64,000 bases of DNA from Candidatus Woesearchaeota archaeon (GTDB lineage: Archaea; Nanobdellota; Nanobdellia; Woesearchaeales; JABGUJ01): contig JABGUJ010000003.1 in the NCBI GenBank assembly GCA_018646625.1, positions 73,380-137,379 on the forward strand. The letters are read 5' to 3'. Below are positions 1-9,264 of this stretch, one piece after another (positions within the stretch are counted from its first letter, which is position 1; every line of letters starts with the position of its first letter). The translations under genes and the position numbers were made by a program. The notes below the pieces were generated by a model. That model was not told the DNA's origin. It made no database searches and saw only the letters and a list, made by a program, of their open reading frames with translations.

Positions 1-505
1 TTGCCTTTAGTCTTGAGTTCTCCCTAAACCTACCAACAATATACAATTCCTCCTTTGATAACATCAGATCTAGAACTAAATTAAACATTATATACATTAC
101 CTAACAGAACCCAAAGGAATTTCAGAAAAGACGAACAAATTTCAAAAACACCAGAAAATCATCGAACAGAACGTGAAAGCGCGAAATAATTACAGAAAAA
201 GCAAAAACGAAGAGAACTACTGTTCCTCTTCCTCTTCTTCCTCATATACGTTAAAGAACTCGTCTAAATTCTTTGTCTTCTTTATGGTTTCAAAACTCAC
301 ACTCTTCACAACGTCCACCTCTTCTTTAACATAAGCAAAGCTAGCTCCAACTAATTTTTCCCAAAAAATGCATTAAAAATCAGAAGCTGACTTGCCTCAC
401 CTTAATAATTATAGGTAAACATAGATACTATATAAATAATGTTGAGCTTAGAAATATAGACTCAGAGATATATGTTTACTGGAAGAGATCACTCAACAGT
501 ACTCC

Positions 506-994
506 CTACATTCCTTCAATAATTGAAACAATTTTGTGGGACCTAATCTCACCACTAACCGGATCAATATTGAAGTTTATCGTCTTAAAAGACTCACATA
601 CAAGAGTAATATTCCATGAAAACTCGTCGTTAACATTTTGAAGAATAATCATTTTCTTCATAGGCAACATCGTCGAGTATTCTTTCTTACGCAACTCTTC
701 AACAGAATCAAGTATATTAATCAAATCAACTTTAGCCGCACACAGATCTAAGAATCCAATTTTAGAATCTGGAGTTTTTAACATTTCGCCGTGTTCTTGC
801 ATTACAATCTCAGGCCTCATCTCAAAAACAAACATCTTACTACACTCTTCATTGGCATATCCTAACTGCCAGAAATCATCTTTTGTTCCAGACATGTAAA
901 ATGCACTCGTAAGCTTAAAATCAGAATGATCCTTAAGCCAATCTTTATACAAAGAACTTTGCTCTAATCTATCAAATGTCTCTACAATATTCAT
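506..994 (-). CDS. hypothetical protein (162 aa)
   Basis: Intact ATG ORF with a TTTATTAA-like box about 30 nt upstream. No family recognised by eye. Confidence 0.5.
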   Translation of the reverse strand: MNIVETFDRLEQSSLYKDWLKDHSDFKLTSAFYMSGTKDDFWQLGYANEECSKMFVFEMRPEIVMQEHGEMLKTPDSKIGFLDLCAAKVDLINILDSVEELRKKEYSTMLPMKKMIILQNVNDEFSWNITLVCESFKTINFNIDPVSGEIRSHKIVSIIEGM

Positions 995-1061
995 ACCATC
1001 AATAAATCTACAATTTGTTTAATAAATTATCTATTTAACAATAAAAAGAAAAGAAAAGGAT

Positions 1062-1415
1062 CTAAAGAGATCCATAATCAGTAAGCGAAGGATCGCTAAA
1101 CGATCCAAAACTTTCACAGCCTGCAGCAGAGCTAAGACGCTCATTAGCATAAACCTTAGGAGAAACTACACAATTAACATAACCATCCCCATCTATTTCC
1201 ATAAGATTTCCATCAGGATCGGGCCTAATACTAATAATAGTAGGCTCACCAGAAGTCATTACAGCCTCAGGTGCTTTAGGTGCATCAGAAAGTCTATCTT
1301 CCAAAGCAACCGAATCTGAACAAGCAGCCATCACAACCACAGCCGCAGTCATAACCACAGCAATTTTAGCAGCATTACACATATGCTGAATTCCACTATA
1401 CATTCTATCAATCAT
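1062..1415 (-). CDS. small secreted protein or lipoprotein (117 aa)
   Basis: AAGGAGGG SD 11 nt before the ATG. Hydrophobic signal-like segment ends in a lipobox-like AAC (KIAVVMTAAVVVMAACSDS). Confidence 0.5.
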   Translation of the reverse strand: MIDRMYSGIQHMCNAAKIAVVMTAAVVVMAACSDSVALEDRLSDAPKAPEAVMTSGEPTIISIRPDPDGNLMEIDGDGYVNCVVSPKVYANERLSSAAGCESFGSFSDPSLTDYGSL

Positions 1416-1520
1416 TTTCTATTTTCCCTCCTTATTTTAAGGAACTGGAAGATTTCAGCACCTCTTTATAAAGCTTCGCCTAGGAAAAGATTTTTAAAAG
1501 AGTTGTGAAAATAAGAAAAG

Positions 1521-2459
1521 ATGGGTATACCTTCAGAATACAAGAAGCTGTTAGAAAATCAGCAATATGAGTTCATAGGAGAACATAGTGCAGTCAAGAT
1601 CTGCACTTGGACTAAAAAATCTATTAGAGATGAAGGTGTGTGCTACAAACAGAAATTCTACGGAATTGAATCACATAGATGCTGTCAATTATCATTAACA
1701 GTAAATTACTGTGACCAAGATTGCGTATACTGTTGGAGAAATAAATTAGCAATACCATTCGACACTTTAGATAATCCAGAAAAACTTGCAGAAAACTGTA
1801 TAACTGCACAAAGAAAACTCCTCACAGGATTTGGTGGAAACGAGAAAGCCAACAAAAAGAAACTAGAAGAAGCACAAAACCCGACACAGTTTGCCATTTC
1901 CTTAACTGGAGAAACATTATACTATCCAAAACTAAGCGAGTTCATTAAGATATTAAAAGATCAAAGCCATTCCACCTTTGTTGTTAGCAACGGTCAACTG
2001 CCAGAAGTATTAGAAAAACTCGAACTACCAACACAAATTTACATATCATTAGATGCACCTAATGAAGCACTTCACAAACAAATATGCAACCCAACAAATA
2101 AGGATAGTTGGCAAAGATTAACTAAATCATTAGAAATATTAAACAAAATAAAAAACAAAACAAGAACCGCTCTGAGACTTACAATCATCAAAGGAATGAA
2201 CGATATTGAACCTGAGAATTATGTTAAGCTATTCGAGAAAGCAGATCCACATTTTATAGAAGTCAAAGCATACATGTTTGTGGGAGCAAGTCAAAATAGA
2301 TTGAGCATCGATAAGATGCCTAGACATCCCGAAGTAAAAACATTCGCAGAAAAACTTTGCGAGATATCAGATTATAAAATAATTGACGAACAAGAAGAAT
2401 CAAGAGTACTGTTATTAATGAAAGACAATCCTGAAATGAGAAAAATAGAATGGCAATAA
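1521..2459 (+). CDS. taw1: tRNA 4-demethylwyosine synthase (radical SAM, Taw1/TYW1)
   Basis: Radical-SAM CxxxCxxC (CDQDCVYC) follows the TYW1-type N-terminal Cys-rich region (KICTW..GVCYK..SHRCCQ). Length of 312 aa is typical for archaeal Taw1. Confidence 0.85.
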   Translation: MGIPSEYKKLLENQQYEFIGEHSAVKICTWTKKSIRDEGVCYKQKFYGIESHRCCQLSLTVNYCDQDCVYCWRNKLAIPFDTLDNPEKLAENCITAQRKLLTGFGGNEKANKKKLEEAQNPTQFAISLTGETLYYPKLSEFIKILKDQSHSTFVVSNGQLPEVLEKLELPTQIYISLDAPNEALHKQICNPTNKDSWQRLTKSLEILNKIKNKTRTALRLTIIKGMNDIEPENYVKLFEKADPHFIEVKAYMFVGASQNRLSIDKMPRHPEVKTFAEKLCEISDYKIIDEQEESRVLLLMKDNPEMRKIEWQ

Positions 2460-2953
2460 CAGATAGAGACGACAGATTAGCATCCTCGCTAGTATTAGAA
2501 TATAGAGAACTACTAGTTAATACAGTTATAAGAGGAATAGGCGTAGATCTGCGAGTAGCCATGTCGGAAGCAGACGCAAGAGTCGATGTATTCCTCACAC
2601 AAACATTTCCAGATTATTTGCAAAGAGCAGGTATGCTTTATAGAGGAAATAGTGTATTTTCACTTATTTTTCCAGGAATGATTAGAAACGAAACAGAAGA
2701 TAACGAGAATGCAAGACCTGGAATTTATTTATTATCAGAAGACGAATGCATACACGCAATCGGAAGATACAACCCAGACGCTAGAGCAATATACTTTGAA
2801 AGGAAAAGAACATTAGATCTAAGAACGTTAAACGCAACTGATGACACAACACTCTCTCACGATGATCTTGAAAAAGCATACACAGCACAATCTAGCTTAG
2901 ATGATTTATGTACCCAAGTAATAGATTGCTTAGGCATTTATCGAACACACTAA
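2450..2953 (+). CDS. hypothetical protein (167 aa), translationally coupled to taw1
   Basis: The ATG overlaps the taw1 stop by 10 nt (ATGGCAATAA). R/D-rich, K-poor composition differs from its neighbours. No motif recognised. Confidence 0.5.
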   Translation: MAITDRDDRLASSLVLEYRELLVNTVIRGIGVDLRVAMSEADARVDVFLTQTFPDYLQRAGMLYRGNSVFSLIFPGMIRNETEDNENARPGIYLLSEDECIHAIGRYNPDARAIYFERKRTLDLRTLNATDDTTLSHDDLEKAYTAQSSLDDLCTQVIDCLGIYRTH

Positions 2954-2956
2954 TTC

Positions 2957-3670
2957 TTATAGAAGATGCTCACGATAAGTATCTCGTATATGTCTTATGT
3001 CTGTACAACCAGCTAAATATGAAAAACCCTGTGCAAAAACAAATCTTTCTAACTCACACACACAACTAGTGTTATTACTAACTCTCGCACCACCAAAAAA
3101 ATTCAGATCACCATCATCTATTAGACCTAAAAATGCATATTGACCTTTAAAGGGAACAACCGCAGCTCTCAAACGAAGAGAAGTATATTCAGGCATCATC
3201 TCTACATAAACCGCAGCATGTCTTCCACCTATATGAGATCGAAGATCAGAAACTCTATACTCTAAATCAGAAGCTAATATAACACCTTGATGCTCCAATA
3301 CACCCAAATCAATAAGTTCAACACAAGGTTCATAGCTAACTAAACCAGTAGAAGTAGAGGCAGAGAACGGATCAAAGGGAGTTACTTCAGTTTCACCATC
3401 ATCAATTTCATCTTTATAAGTTTCAAGACCATAAACAGGCTCCTCATATTCAAAAAATTCCTGCCAAGGAGAATCCAAAACAACATATCCAAACATAGAC
3501 TTCAGAGCTTCATCAGAAAGAGTATCATTGCGACGACCTTTCACCGTATCCGACAAAGAACCATCATGCACACATTTTCCCATAGTTCTCAAATCAGCAG
3601 AGATTTCTCTAACTTTTGCTTGCACATAACCAAGGTCCCAGCCCCACAACATGTTTGGTAAATTTAACAT
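2957..3670 (-). CDS. hypothetical protein (237 aa)
   Basis: Intact ATG ORF, acidic, no TM segment, no motif recognised. Confidence 0.5.
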   Translation of the reverse strand: MLNLPNMLWGWDLGYVQAKVREISADLRTMGKCVHDGSLSDTVKGRRNDTLSDEALKSMFGYVVLDSPWQEFFEYEEPVYGLETYKDEIDDGETEVTPFDPFSASTSTGLVSYEPCVELIDLGVLEHQGVILASDLEYRVSDLRSHIGGRHAAVYVEMMPEYTSLRLRAAVVPFKGQYAFLGLIDDGDLNFFGGARVSNNTSCVCELERFVFAQGFSYLAGCTDIRHIRDTYREHLL

Positions 3671-3720
3671 CCCCCCAGCGCGCCAAAAACTAATATTTAA
3701 GGGTTCTCACAAGAGATATA

Positions 3721-3728
3721 TTTATAAA
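3721..3728 (+). promoter_or_regulatory. TATA box (TTTATAAA) 30 nt upstream of the ATG at 3751
   Basis: Same box-to-ATG spacing recurs at several first genes in this window. No SD is present, which suggests a leaderless mRNA. Confidence 0.5.
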
Positions 3729-3750
3729 TTATAGATCAAAAAGCCTAAAC

Positions 3751-4338
3751 ATGAAGATATTAGCCTTTGCAGACACTCACGGAGATTGGTCAGCAATCAA
3801 AGAAATCAAGAAAAAAGCCAAAAAAGCAGACATAATCATCTGCGCAGGCGACTTCACTACATTTGAAAATGATATTGACGATATTCTTTTTGAATTAAAC
3901 AACATAGGGAAACCATTGCTCATCATACACGGAAATCATGAAGAAGCATCAATAGTGAGAAATCGTGTTAAAGATCTTGACAATATTCTATTCATACACA
4001 AAAACAAATTCGAGATTGGAGAATATCTCTTTTTAGGATACGGAGGAGGAGGATTCGCATTAACAAACAAAGATTTTGAAAAGTTCACAAAGAAATATGA
4101 AAAACTTGACAAAAAGAAAAAAATCGTATTAATAACTCACGGACCTCCACACAAAACTAACCTAGATAACATAACAGGTCATCACTGTGGATGCAAAAGC
4201 ATTAGAAAGTTCTTAGAAAGAACAAAAGTTATCATTGGAATCAGTGGACACATTCACGATACATTTGGTACAGAAGACAACATAAAAGGAACAAAAGTCA
4301 TAAATCCTGGACCATTCGGAAAAATAGTCACAATTTAA
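3751..4338 (+). CDS. metallophosphoesterase (calcineurin-like)
   Basis: Motifs DTHGD, GDF, GNHE, THGPP and GHIH occur in canonical order. Confidence 0.75.
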   Translation: MKILAFADTHGDWSAIKEIKKKAKKADIIICAGDFTTFENDIDDILFELNNIGKPLLIIHGNHEEASIVRNRVKDLDNILFIHKNKFEIGEYLFLGYGGGGFALTNKDFEKFTKKYEKLDKKKKIVLITHGPPHKTNLDNITGHHCGCKSIRKFLERTKVIIGISGHIHDTFGTEDNIKGTKVINPGPFGKIVTI

Positions 4339-4733
4339 TGCCTTTTCTTAAGAACATCAGATTCAGTTTTAAAAAACACTTTACCATATCTAAGAACACG
4401 ACCATAACGAGAGAATTCCCATAACCAACGCAATATTCTAAGACCTCTTATCAAAGACATACCTGGCACACCATAAAAGATAAAATGAAATGGAATAAAT
4501 GCAATAAAATCAAATAAATATCTCTTAAAAAATTTCTTAGCCACTTTAATCTCTAGCCATCTAAAATACAAATCAATACCAAATATAGTCATAACAAGCA
4601 GATCCAAGAAATCAACAAGAATAGCATAACTACCCAATTCAATAGTCAGATCAAGCACAGCCACTAAAAGCAATAATATCAATAAAGGAGGTAACGAATG
4701 TTCAGCAAAATAATCTAATTTACTTTTAGGCAT
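4335..4733 (-). CDS. stand-alone voltage-sensor-like membrane protein (132 aa)
   Basis: About four predicted TM segments. The last is S4-like with basic residues every third position (LIRGLRILRWLWEFSRYGRVLR). S2/S3-like acidic residues are present (GIDLYFRW, FDFIAFIPF). No pore or selectivity-filter segment. Confidence 0.5.
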   Translation of the reverse strand: MPKSKLDYFAEHSLPPLLILLLLVAVLDLTIELGSYAILVDFLDLLVMTIFGIDLYFRWLEIKVAKKFFKRYLFDFIAFIPFHFIFYGVPGMSLIRGLRILRWLWEFSRYGRVLRYGKVFFKTESDVLKKRH

Positions 4734-5109
4734 TCAAAAGCCTCCGTTTATAATACATCCACACAATAGAAAACACAACAAATACCAAAAGAATGAATAG
4801 TAACGACCAAGGCCCACCAGTAACTACATAATAAAACAATACCAATATAGCTACCCAAGACCAAACAATCTTCAGAGTAACTAAGGCATCAAACGTCTCA
4901 ACTCCTTTGTTGTACACTAAAAATGACGTACCACCAATACCTACCAAAGCAGCCCCAACTATTCCAGACATCACAGGATCAACAACAGTGAATCCCATTA
5001 CAGAGAGAAACCAGTTAGGAAAGAATATCAAAGGAATAGCAAATAGCATATCTGCCACAAAATGTACAAAAAACCAATTCCTTAAAGATTTAGGTACCCT
5101 TTTTTTCAT
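4726..5109 (-). CDS. membrane protein (127 aa from the ATG at 5109)
   Basis: Four hydrophobic segments. An ATTTATATATTT box lies about 22-30 nt upstream of the ATG at 5109. The TTG-extended ORF to 5181 would leave no promoter space. Confidence 0.45.
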   Translation of the reverse strand: MKKRVPKSLRNWFFVHFVADMLFAIPLIFFPNWFLSVMGFTVVDPVMSGIVGAALVGIGGTSFLVYNKGVETFDALVTLKIVWSWVAILVLFYYVVTGGPWSLLFILLVFVVFSIVWMYYKRRLLNA

Positions 5110-5191
5110 TAACCACATTAACGACGTGAAATATATAAATCTAACCAAAAAAAGAGAAACAATTATAAGACGTAGATTCAATTAAACCCAT

Positions 5192-5665
5192 ATGAAAACT
5201 TTAGTTGTATACTACTCAAGAACTAAAATAACAGAGAAAGTAGCACAAACCATTTCTGAAAACATAAATTGCGATATAGAAGAAATAATCGATCTAAAAG
5301 ATAGATCTGGCGCAATAGGTTACCTAAAAGCAGGCAAAGACGCCATGAAAAAAGTTGAGACGGATATATCCATCTCAGACAAAGATCCATCAAGATACGA
5401 TTGCGTAATCATCGGAACACCTGTCTGGGCATTCACCATGGCTCCAGCAATAAGAACGTACATCAACCAAAACAAAGATAGATTCAAGAAGGTAGCATTC
5501 TTTTGCACTGAAGGCGGATCAGGCCACGAAAAGACATTCAAAGACATGGAAGAGCTAACTAAAAAGAAACCAATAACCACATTATTTCTGTTAACAAAAG
5601 AAGTTAGCAAAGAACAACACATAAACAAGACACAAGAATTTGTTGAGAAGATAAAGGAGAGCTAA
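5192..5665 (+). CDS. flavodoxin-like protein
   Basis: N-terminal MKTLVVYYSRT FMN-phosphate-loop pattern in a 157-aa alpha/beta-type sequence. Confidence 0.65.
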   Translation: MKTLVVYYSRTKITEKVAQTISENINCDIEEIIDLKDRSGAIGYLKAGKDAMKKVETDISISDKDPSRYDCVIIGTPVWAFTMAPAIRTYINQNKDRFKKVAFFCTEGGSGHEKTFKDMEELTKKKPITTLFLLTKEVSKEQHINKTQEFVEKIKES

Positions 5666-5666
5666 T

Positions 5667-6665
5667 ATGAAGATTGCAATATTTGAAATTAAAAAATGGG
5701 AAAAAGCCCACATGAAAAGAAAACTAAAAGGCCACACACTAGAGTTCTTCTCAACACCAATATCAGAAGACAACATTAAGAAACTCAAAAGTTTCGATGC
5801 AATCTCAGTATTCATATACTCGCAAGTTGATAAGAAGATAATTTCAAAACTACCAAAACTAAAGCTCATAGCGACGAGATCAACAGGATTTGACCATATC
5901 GACTTAAAAGAATGCAAAAAGAAAAAGATCACAGTTTGCAATGTCCCATTTTATGGAGAAAACACAGTTGCAGAACACACATTCGCATTAGTTCTATCAA
6001 TATCAAGAAACATCCACAAATCTTACGTAAGAACATTAAGAAATGATTTTACAATAGATGGACTGATAGGTTTTGATCTAAAAGGCAAAACGCTAGGATT
6101 AATAGGCGGAGGCCATATTGGTATGCATGTGGCAAGAATGGCTAAAGGCTTCGGCATGGAAGTTTTAGTCCACGATACAAACAAAAACAATTTCTTAAGC
6201 GAAGTTCTAGATTTTGAATATACAGACTTTGATGATCTATTAAAGAAATCTGATATCGTCACACTACATGTACCTTACAACAAACACACTCATCACTTAA
6301 TGAATAAAAAAACATTTAGTTTAATGAAAAAAGGATCCATCCTCATAAACACAGCAAGAGGTGGAGTAATCGACACAGACGCATTAATAGACGCACTAGA
6401 TAAAAAAATTCTGGCAGGCGCAGGACTAGATGTACTTGAAGGTGAGAAGTTAATCAAAGAAGAAAAACAACTGCTGCATGAAAATCATAAAACCGAAGCA
6501 CTGGGAGAACTAGTAAAAGATCACATTCTGTTAAGCAAAGACAATGTTGTTTTTACTCCTCACATTGCATTTTACAGCAAAGAAGCACTAGAAAGAATAC
6601 TAGACACAACAATACTTAACATATCTGGTTTCAAGAATAAAAAAATAAAAAATGTTGTAGCTTAG
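5667..6665 (+). CDS. D-isomer-specific 2-hydroxyacid dehydrogenase (lactate/glycerate/phosphoglycerate DH family)
   Basis: NAD fold [22 protein letters not shown] and catalytic FTPHIAF. AGGAG SD upstream. Confidence 0.85.
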   Translation: MKIAIFEIKKWEKAHMKRKLKGHTLEFFSTPISEDNIKKLKSFDAISVFIYSQVDKKIISKLPKLKLIATRSTGFDHIDLKECKKKKITVCNVPFYGENTVAEHTFALVLSISRNIHKSYVRTLRNDFTIDGLIGFDLKGKTLGLIGGGHIGMHVARMAKGFGMEVLVHDTNKNNFLSEVLDFEYTDFDDLLKKSDIVTLHVPYNKHTHHLMNKKTFSLMKKGSILINTARGGVIDTDALIDALDKKILAGAGLDVLEGEKLIKEEKQLLHENHKTEALGELVKDHILLSKDNVVFTPHIAFYSKEALERILDTTILNISGFKNKKIKNVVA

Positions 6666-7045
6666 TTATCGGCTTTCCAATGACCATGAAGATTACAGAA
6701 TTCTCTAGCAATTACATGCTCTGCAACACCTGTGCAAAATTCCGCTTCAGGTGCATCTCCTGGCTTAAGATGTTTTCTATAAACAATACCATCAGCTATC
6801 AACTCAATCCACTCAATAAAATGTGTATCTTCCATAGGGTGAGCCACAGAACCAACTTTGACTTTATACCCCGTTTCAGTTCTCTCAACTACAGGTACAT
6901 GCTTTTCTTGAGCAGCATCTTCGGTATTTTCTTTTAATAAGTTCATTGGCTGACCGCAACAAACCAACTCACCAACACCTGAATGCAAGACCTCAACAAT
7001 ATTACCGCACACACTACACTTATACACTTCTTTCAACTCAGTCAT
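6662..7045 (-). CDS. dfx: desulfoferrodoxin (superoxide reductase, 2Fe type)
   Basis: Desulforedoxin-type CxxC..CC ([17 protein letters not shown]) plus centre-II ligand regions ([24 protein letters not shown]). Confidence 0.85.
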   Translation of the reverse strand: MTELKEVYKCSVCGNIVEVLHSGVGELVCCGQPMNLLKENTEDAAQEKHVPVVERTETGYKVKVGSVAHPMEDTHFIEWIELIADGIVYRKHLKPGDAPEAEFCTGVAEHVIAREFCNLHGHWKADN

Positions 7046-7782
7046 TTTTCAACCTCCAAATCAGACTTCCCAGGCAATTGCCAAACTTCATAATGAATAT
7101 CATTTGGTGCCACACCTATTTCAAGTATTACGTCCCTCAAACCCCTTACAAGACTTGTAGGTCCACAAACATACCATTCTTTGTTAGACAAATCACCAAT
7201 ATACTTTTTCAATAACTCAACATCGATCCTACCACACACATCCTTCCCAGTGCAGGTTTTTTCACGAGTCAACAGAGTAACAACATCAACATTCTTGTTC
7301 ATCTCAGCAACCTTAGCAAGACGATCTCGAAAGATGATCTCACCAGCAGTACGATTACTATTAAACAGAAGAACCTTATTAGTTAACTTTTTGTCAACAA
7401 CAAAATCAATAAAACTCATAAAAGGCGCCACACCAGATCCACCAGCAATCAAAACTAGATCTTTCTTGCTAGATCCATCAAAATTCAACAATTCGCCGTA
7501 TGGCCCTTCAATCAAAAGTTCTTGACCAACATCTAAAGAAAACAAAGCGGTCGTAAACCCCTCCATTTTCTTAATTGTCAAATCAAAAGTCTCCGCAGTC
7601 GTTGGTGAACTACTAAAAGTAAATGGCTTCTTAACCCCAACAAAATCAGACTCACCAACAAAAGAAATAAGACAAAACTGACCAGGAACAAAATCCAGAT
7701 CAGCAGGTCTTCTCAATCGGATAGTCCTAACAGTAGGAGTTTCATCCACTACAGCCAAAAGTTCACAAGTATAGATCCCCAT
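7042..7782 (-). CDS. ferredoxin-reductase-type FAD/NAD(P)-binding oxidoreductase
   Basis: FAD-binding KPFTFSS and NAD(P)-binding [11 protein letters not shown] motifs. 4-nt overlap with dfx. Confidence 0.75.
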   Translation of the reverse strand: MGIYTCELLAVVDETPTVRTIRLRRPADLDFVPGQFCLISFVGESDFVGVKKPFTFSSSPTTAETFDLTIKKMEGFTTALFSLDVGQELLIEGPYGELLNFDGSSKKDLVLIAGGSGVAPFMSFIDFVVDKKLTNKVLLFNSNRTAGEIIFRDRLAKVAEMNKNVDVVTLLTREKTCTGKDVCGRIDVELLKKYIGDLSNKEWYVCGPTSLVRGLRDVILEIGVAPNDIHYEVWQLPGKSDLEVEK

Positions 7783-7786
7783 TTTC

Positions 7787-8350
7787 CTAGATCTTACCTA
7801 CTAAGTCCAAACCAGGCTTAAGAGTTTTCTCACCAGGTTTCCAATTCATCGGACAAACCTCACCATTGTGTTCTTCAACAAACTTCGCTGCTTGAATCTT
7901 ACGAATAATCTCATCCGCACTACGACCAATACTATTGTCATGAATCTCATAAGCTTTCAAAACACCTTGAGGATCAATCACAAAAGTACCACGTAAACTC
8001 AAACCTTCATCTTCAATATAAGTGCCATAGTCCCTACAAACTTTACCAGTTGGGTCCGCCAACATTGGAAACTTAATCTTCCCAATAGTAGGAGAGTTAT
8101 CGTACCAAGCTTTATGTACAAATTCAGTATCCGTACTTACGCTAATAACCTCAGCACCTAATCCCTTAAGTTCTTCATACTTGTCAGCCATCTCACCAAG
8201 TTCTGTCGGACAAATAAAAGTAAAATCAGCAGGATAGAAAAATAATACAACCCACTTACCTTTATAATCTGACAAACTTAACGTTTTAATCTCATCTGCC
8301 TGAAATGCTTTCGCAGTAAACTCAGGCGCCATTTCATTTATTTTAACCAT
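7787..8350 (-). CDS. 2-Cys peroxiredoxin (AhpC/Prx1 type)
   Basis: Peroxidatic FTFICPTE and resolving EVCPMNW motifs. GGAGGT lies 7 nt before the ATG at 8350, so the longer ORF to 8365 was not used. Confidence 0.85.
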   Translation of the reverse strand: MVKINEMAPEFTAKAFQADEIKTLSLSDYKGKWVVLFFYPADFTFICPTELGEMADKYEELKGLGAEVISVSTDTEFVHKAWYDNSPTIGKIKFPMLADPTGKVCRDYGTYIEDEGLSLRGTFVIDPQGVLKAYEIHDNSIGRSADEIIRKIQAAKFVEEHNGEVCPMNWKPGEKTLKPGLDLVGKI

Positions 8351-8351
8351 T

Positions 8352-8828
8352 TTACTTACCTCCATTTAATTTCAAGAATTCTAAAACTTCTTTAGAATGA
8401 ATTGCAGGTTTTACCTTATCAAAAACCTTAACGATCTTACGAGAATTATCAAGAATAAATGTTACTCTAGACACACCCATATATTTTCGACCCATAAATG
8501 ATTTCTCACCATAAACGCCATACTTAGTAGCAACTGAAAAGTCAGTGTCAGAAAGTAATAAGATTTTTAGTCTATTGCGTTCACAAAATTTGCTCTTTGT
8601 TTTCTCATCCCCTCCAGAAACACCAACAACCGTAGTATTGAGTGCAGAATATTTAGCAGAATCTTTACTAAACATGTTTGCTTCAATTGTACAGCCAGGC
8701 GTATTATCTTTAGGATAAAAATACAACACAATAAACTCCGAATCAAAATCTTTCAGAGAATGCCTAACACCTTCTTTATCTTTCAAAGAAAAAGCAGGCG
8801 CCTTACCTTTTGATTTTATTTCATTCAA
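8352..8828 (-). CDS. bcp: thiol peroxidase Bcp/PrxQ type
   Basis: YFYPKDNTPGCT motif. TTG start lies 6 nt after GAGGTG. Confidence 0.8.
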   Translation of the reverse strand: MNEIKSKGKAPAFSLKDKEGVRHSLKDFDSEFIVLYFYPKDNTPGCTIEANMFSKDSAKYSALNTTVVGVSGGDEKTKSKFCERNRLKILLLSDTDFSVATKYGVYGEKSFMGRKYMGVSRVTFILDNSRKIVKVFDKVKPAIHSKEVLEFLKLNGGK

Positions 8829-8887
8829 TCATATCACCTCAAAAATTATCGTCAAAAATTAATCTTACATGTTTCACTGTAATCACC

Positions 8888-9142
8888 TCATAATGTTATC
8901 TTTACCTCGCCATGCTTAATCTTACATCTACAAGCGAGTCTTTGTTTACCATCAAAACCCCATCTTCTTTCTTCAGGAGTTATCTCATCTAGATTCTCTT
9001 CACCTTCAAGAACGTCAACCTTACAAACACCACATGCACCCGCCATGCAACCAAAAGGCACACCACATTCTCTACAAGCATTATAAATGTTATCGCCGTC
9101 TTTTACTTCGACTTCTTTATCGCCACAAATTATTCTAGCCAT
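8888..9142 (-). CDS. [2Fe-2S] ferredoxin-like protein (84 aa)
   Basis: Cys pattern CMAGACGVCKV ... CRCK. GGAGGG SD upstream. Confidence 0.65.
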   Translation of the reverse strand: MARIICGDKEVEVKDGDNIYNACRECGVPFGCMAGACGVCKVDVLEGEENLDEITPEERRWGFDGKQRLACRCKIKHGEVKITL

Positions 9143-9264
9143 AACTATCCCTCCAAATATACAATTAAAGCACTCCAGAATGAGTCGCCTTATCCCCTAA
9201 AAATAACCATTGTTAATAATAAGACACAACTAATATATAAATCTTTTCAATCGTTAAGATAGAA

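Noticed and set aside
217-372. Minus-strand reading frame ending ...FFNVYEEEEEEEQ*
   Set aside because: The open frame has no ATG, only an internal GTG, and is under 52 codons. It may be a gene remnant or a small acidic protein, but I cannot support it. The nearby ATG at 330-332 is out of frame and hits a stop after 8 codons.
1-505. ORF-free 5' end of the window as a possible ncRNA locus
   Set aside because: The region is A-rich and low in complexity. It has no convincing helices, promoter-terminator pair or known RNA motifs, so it was left unannotated.
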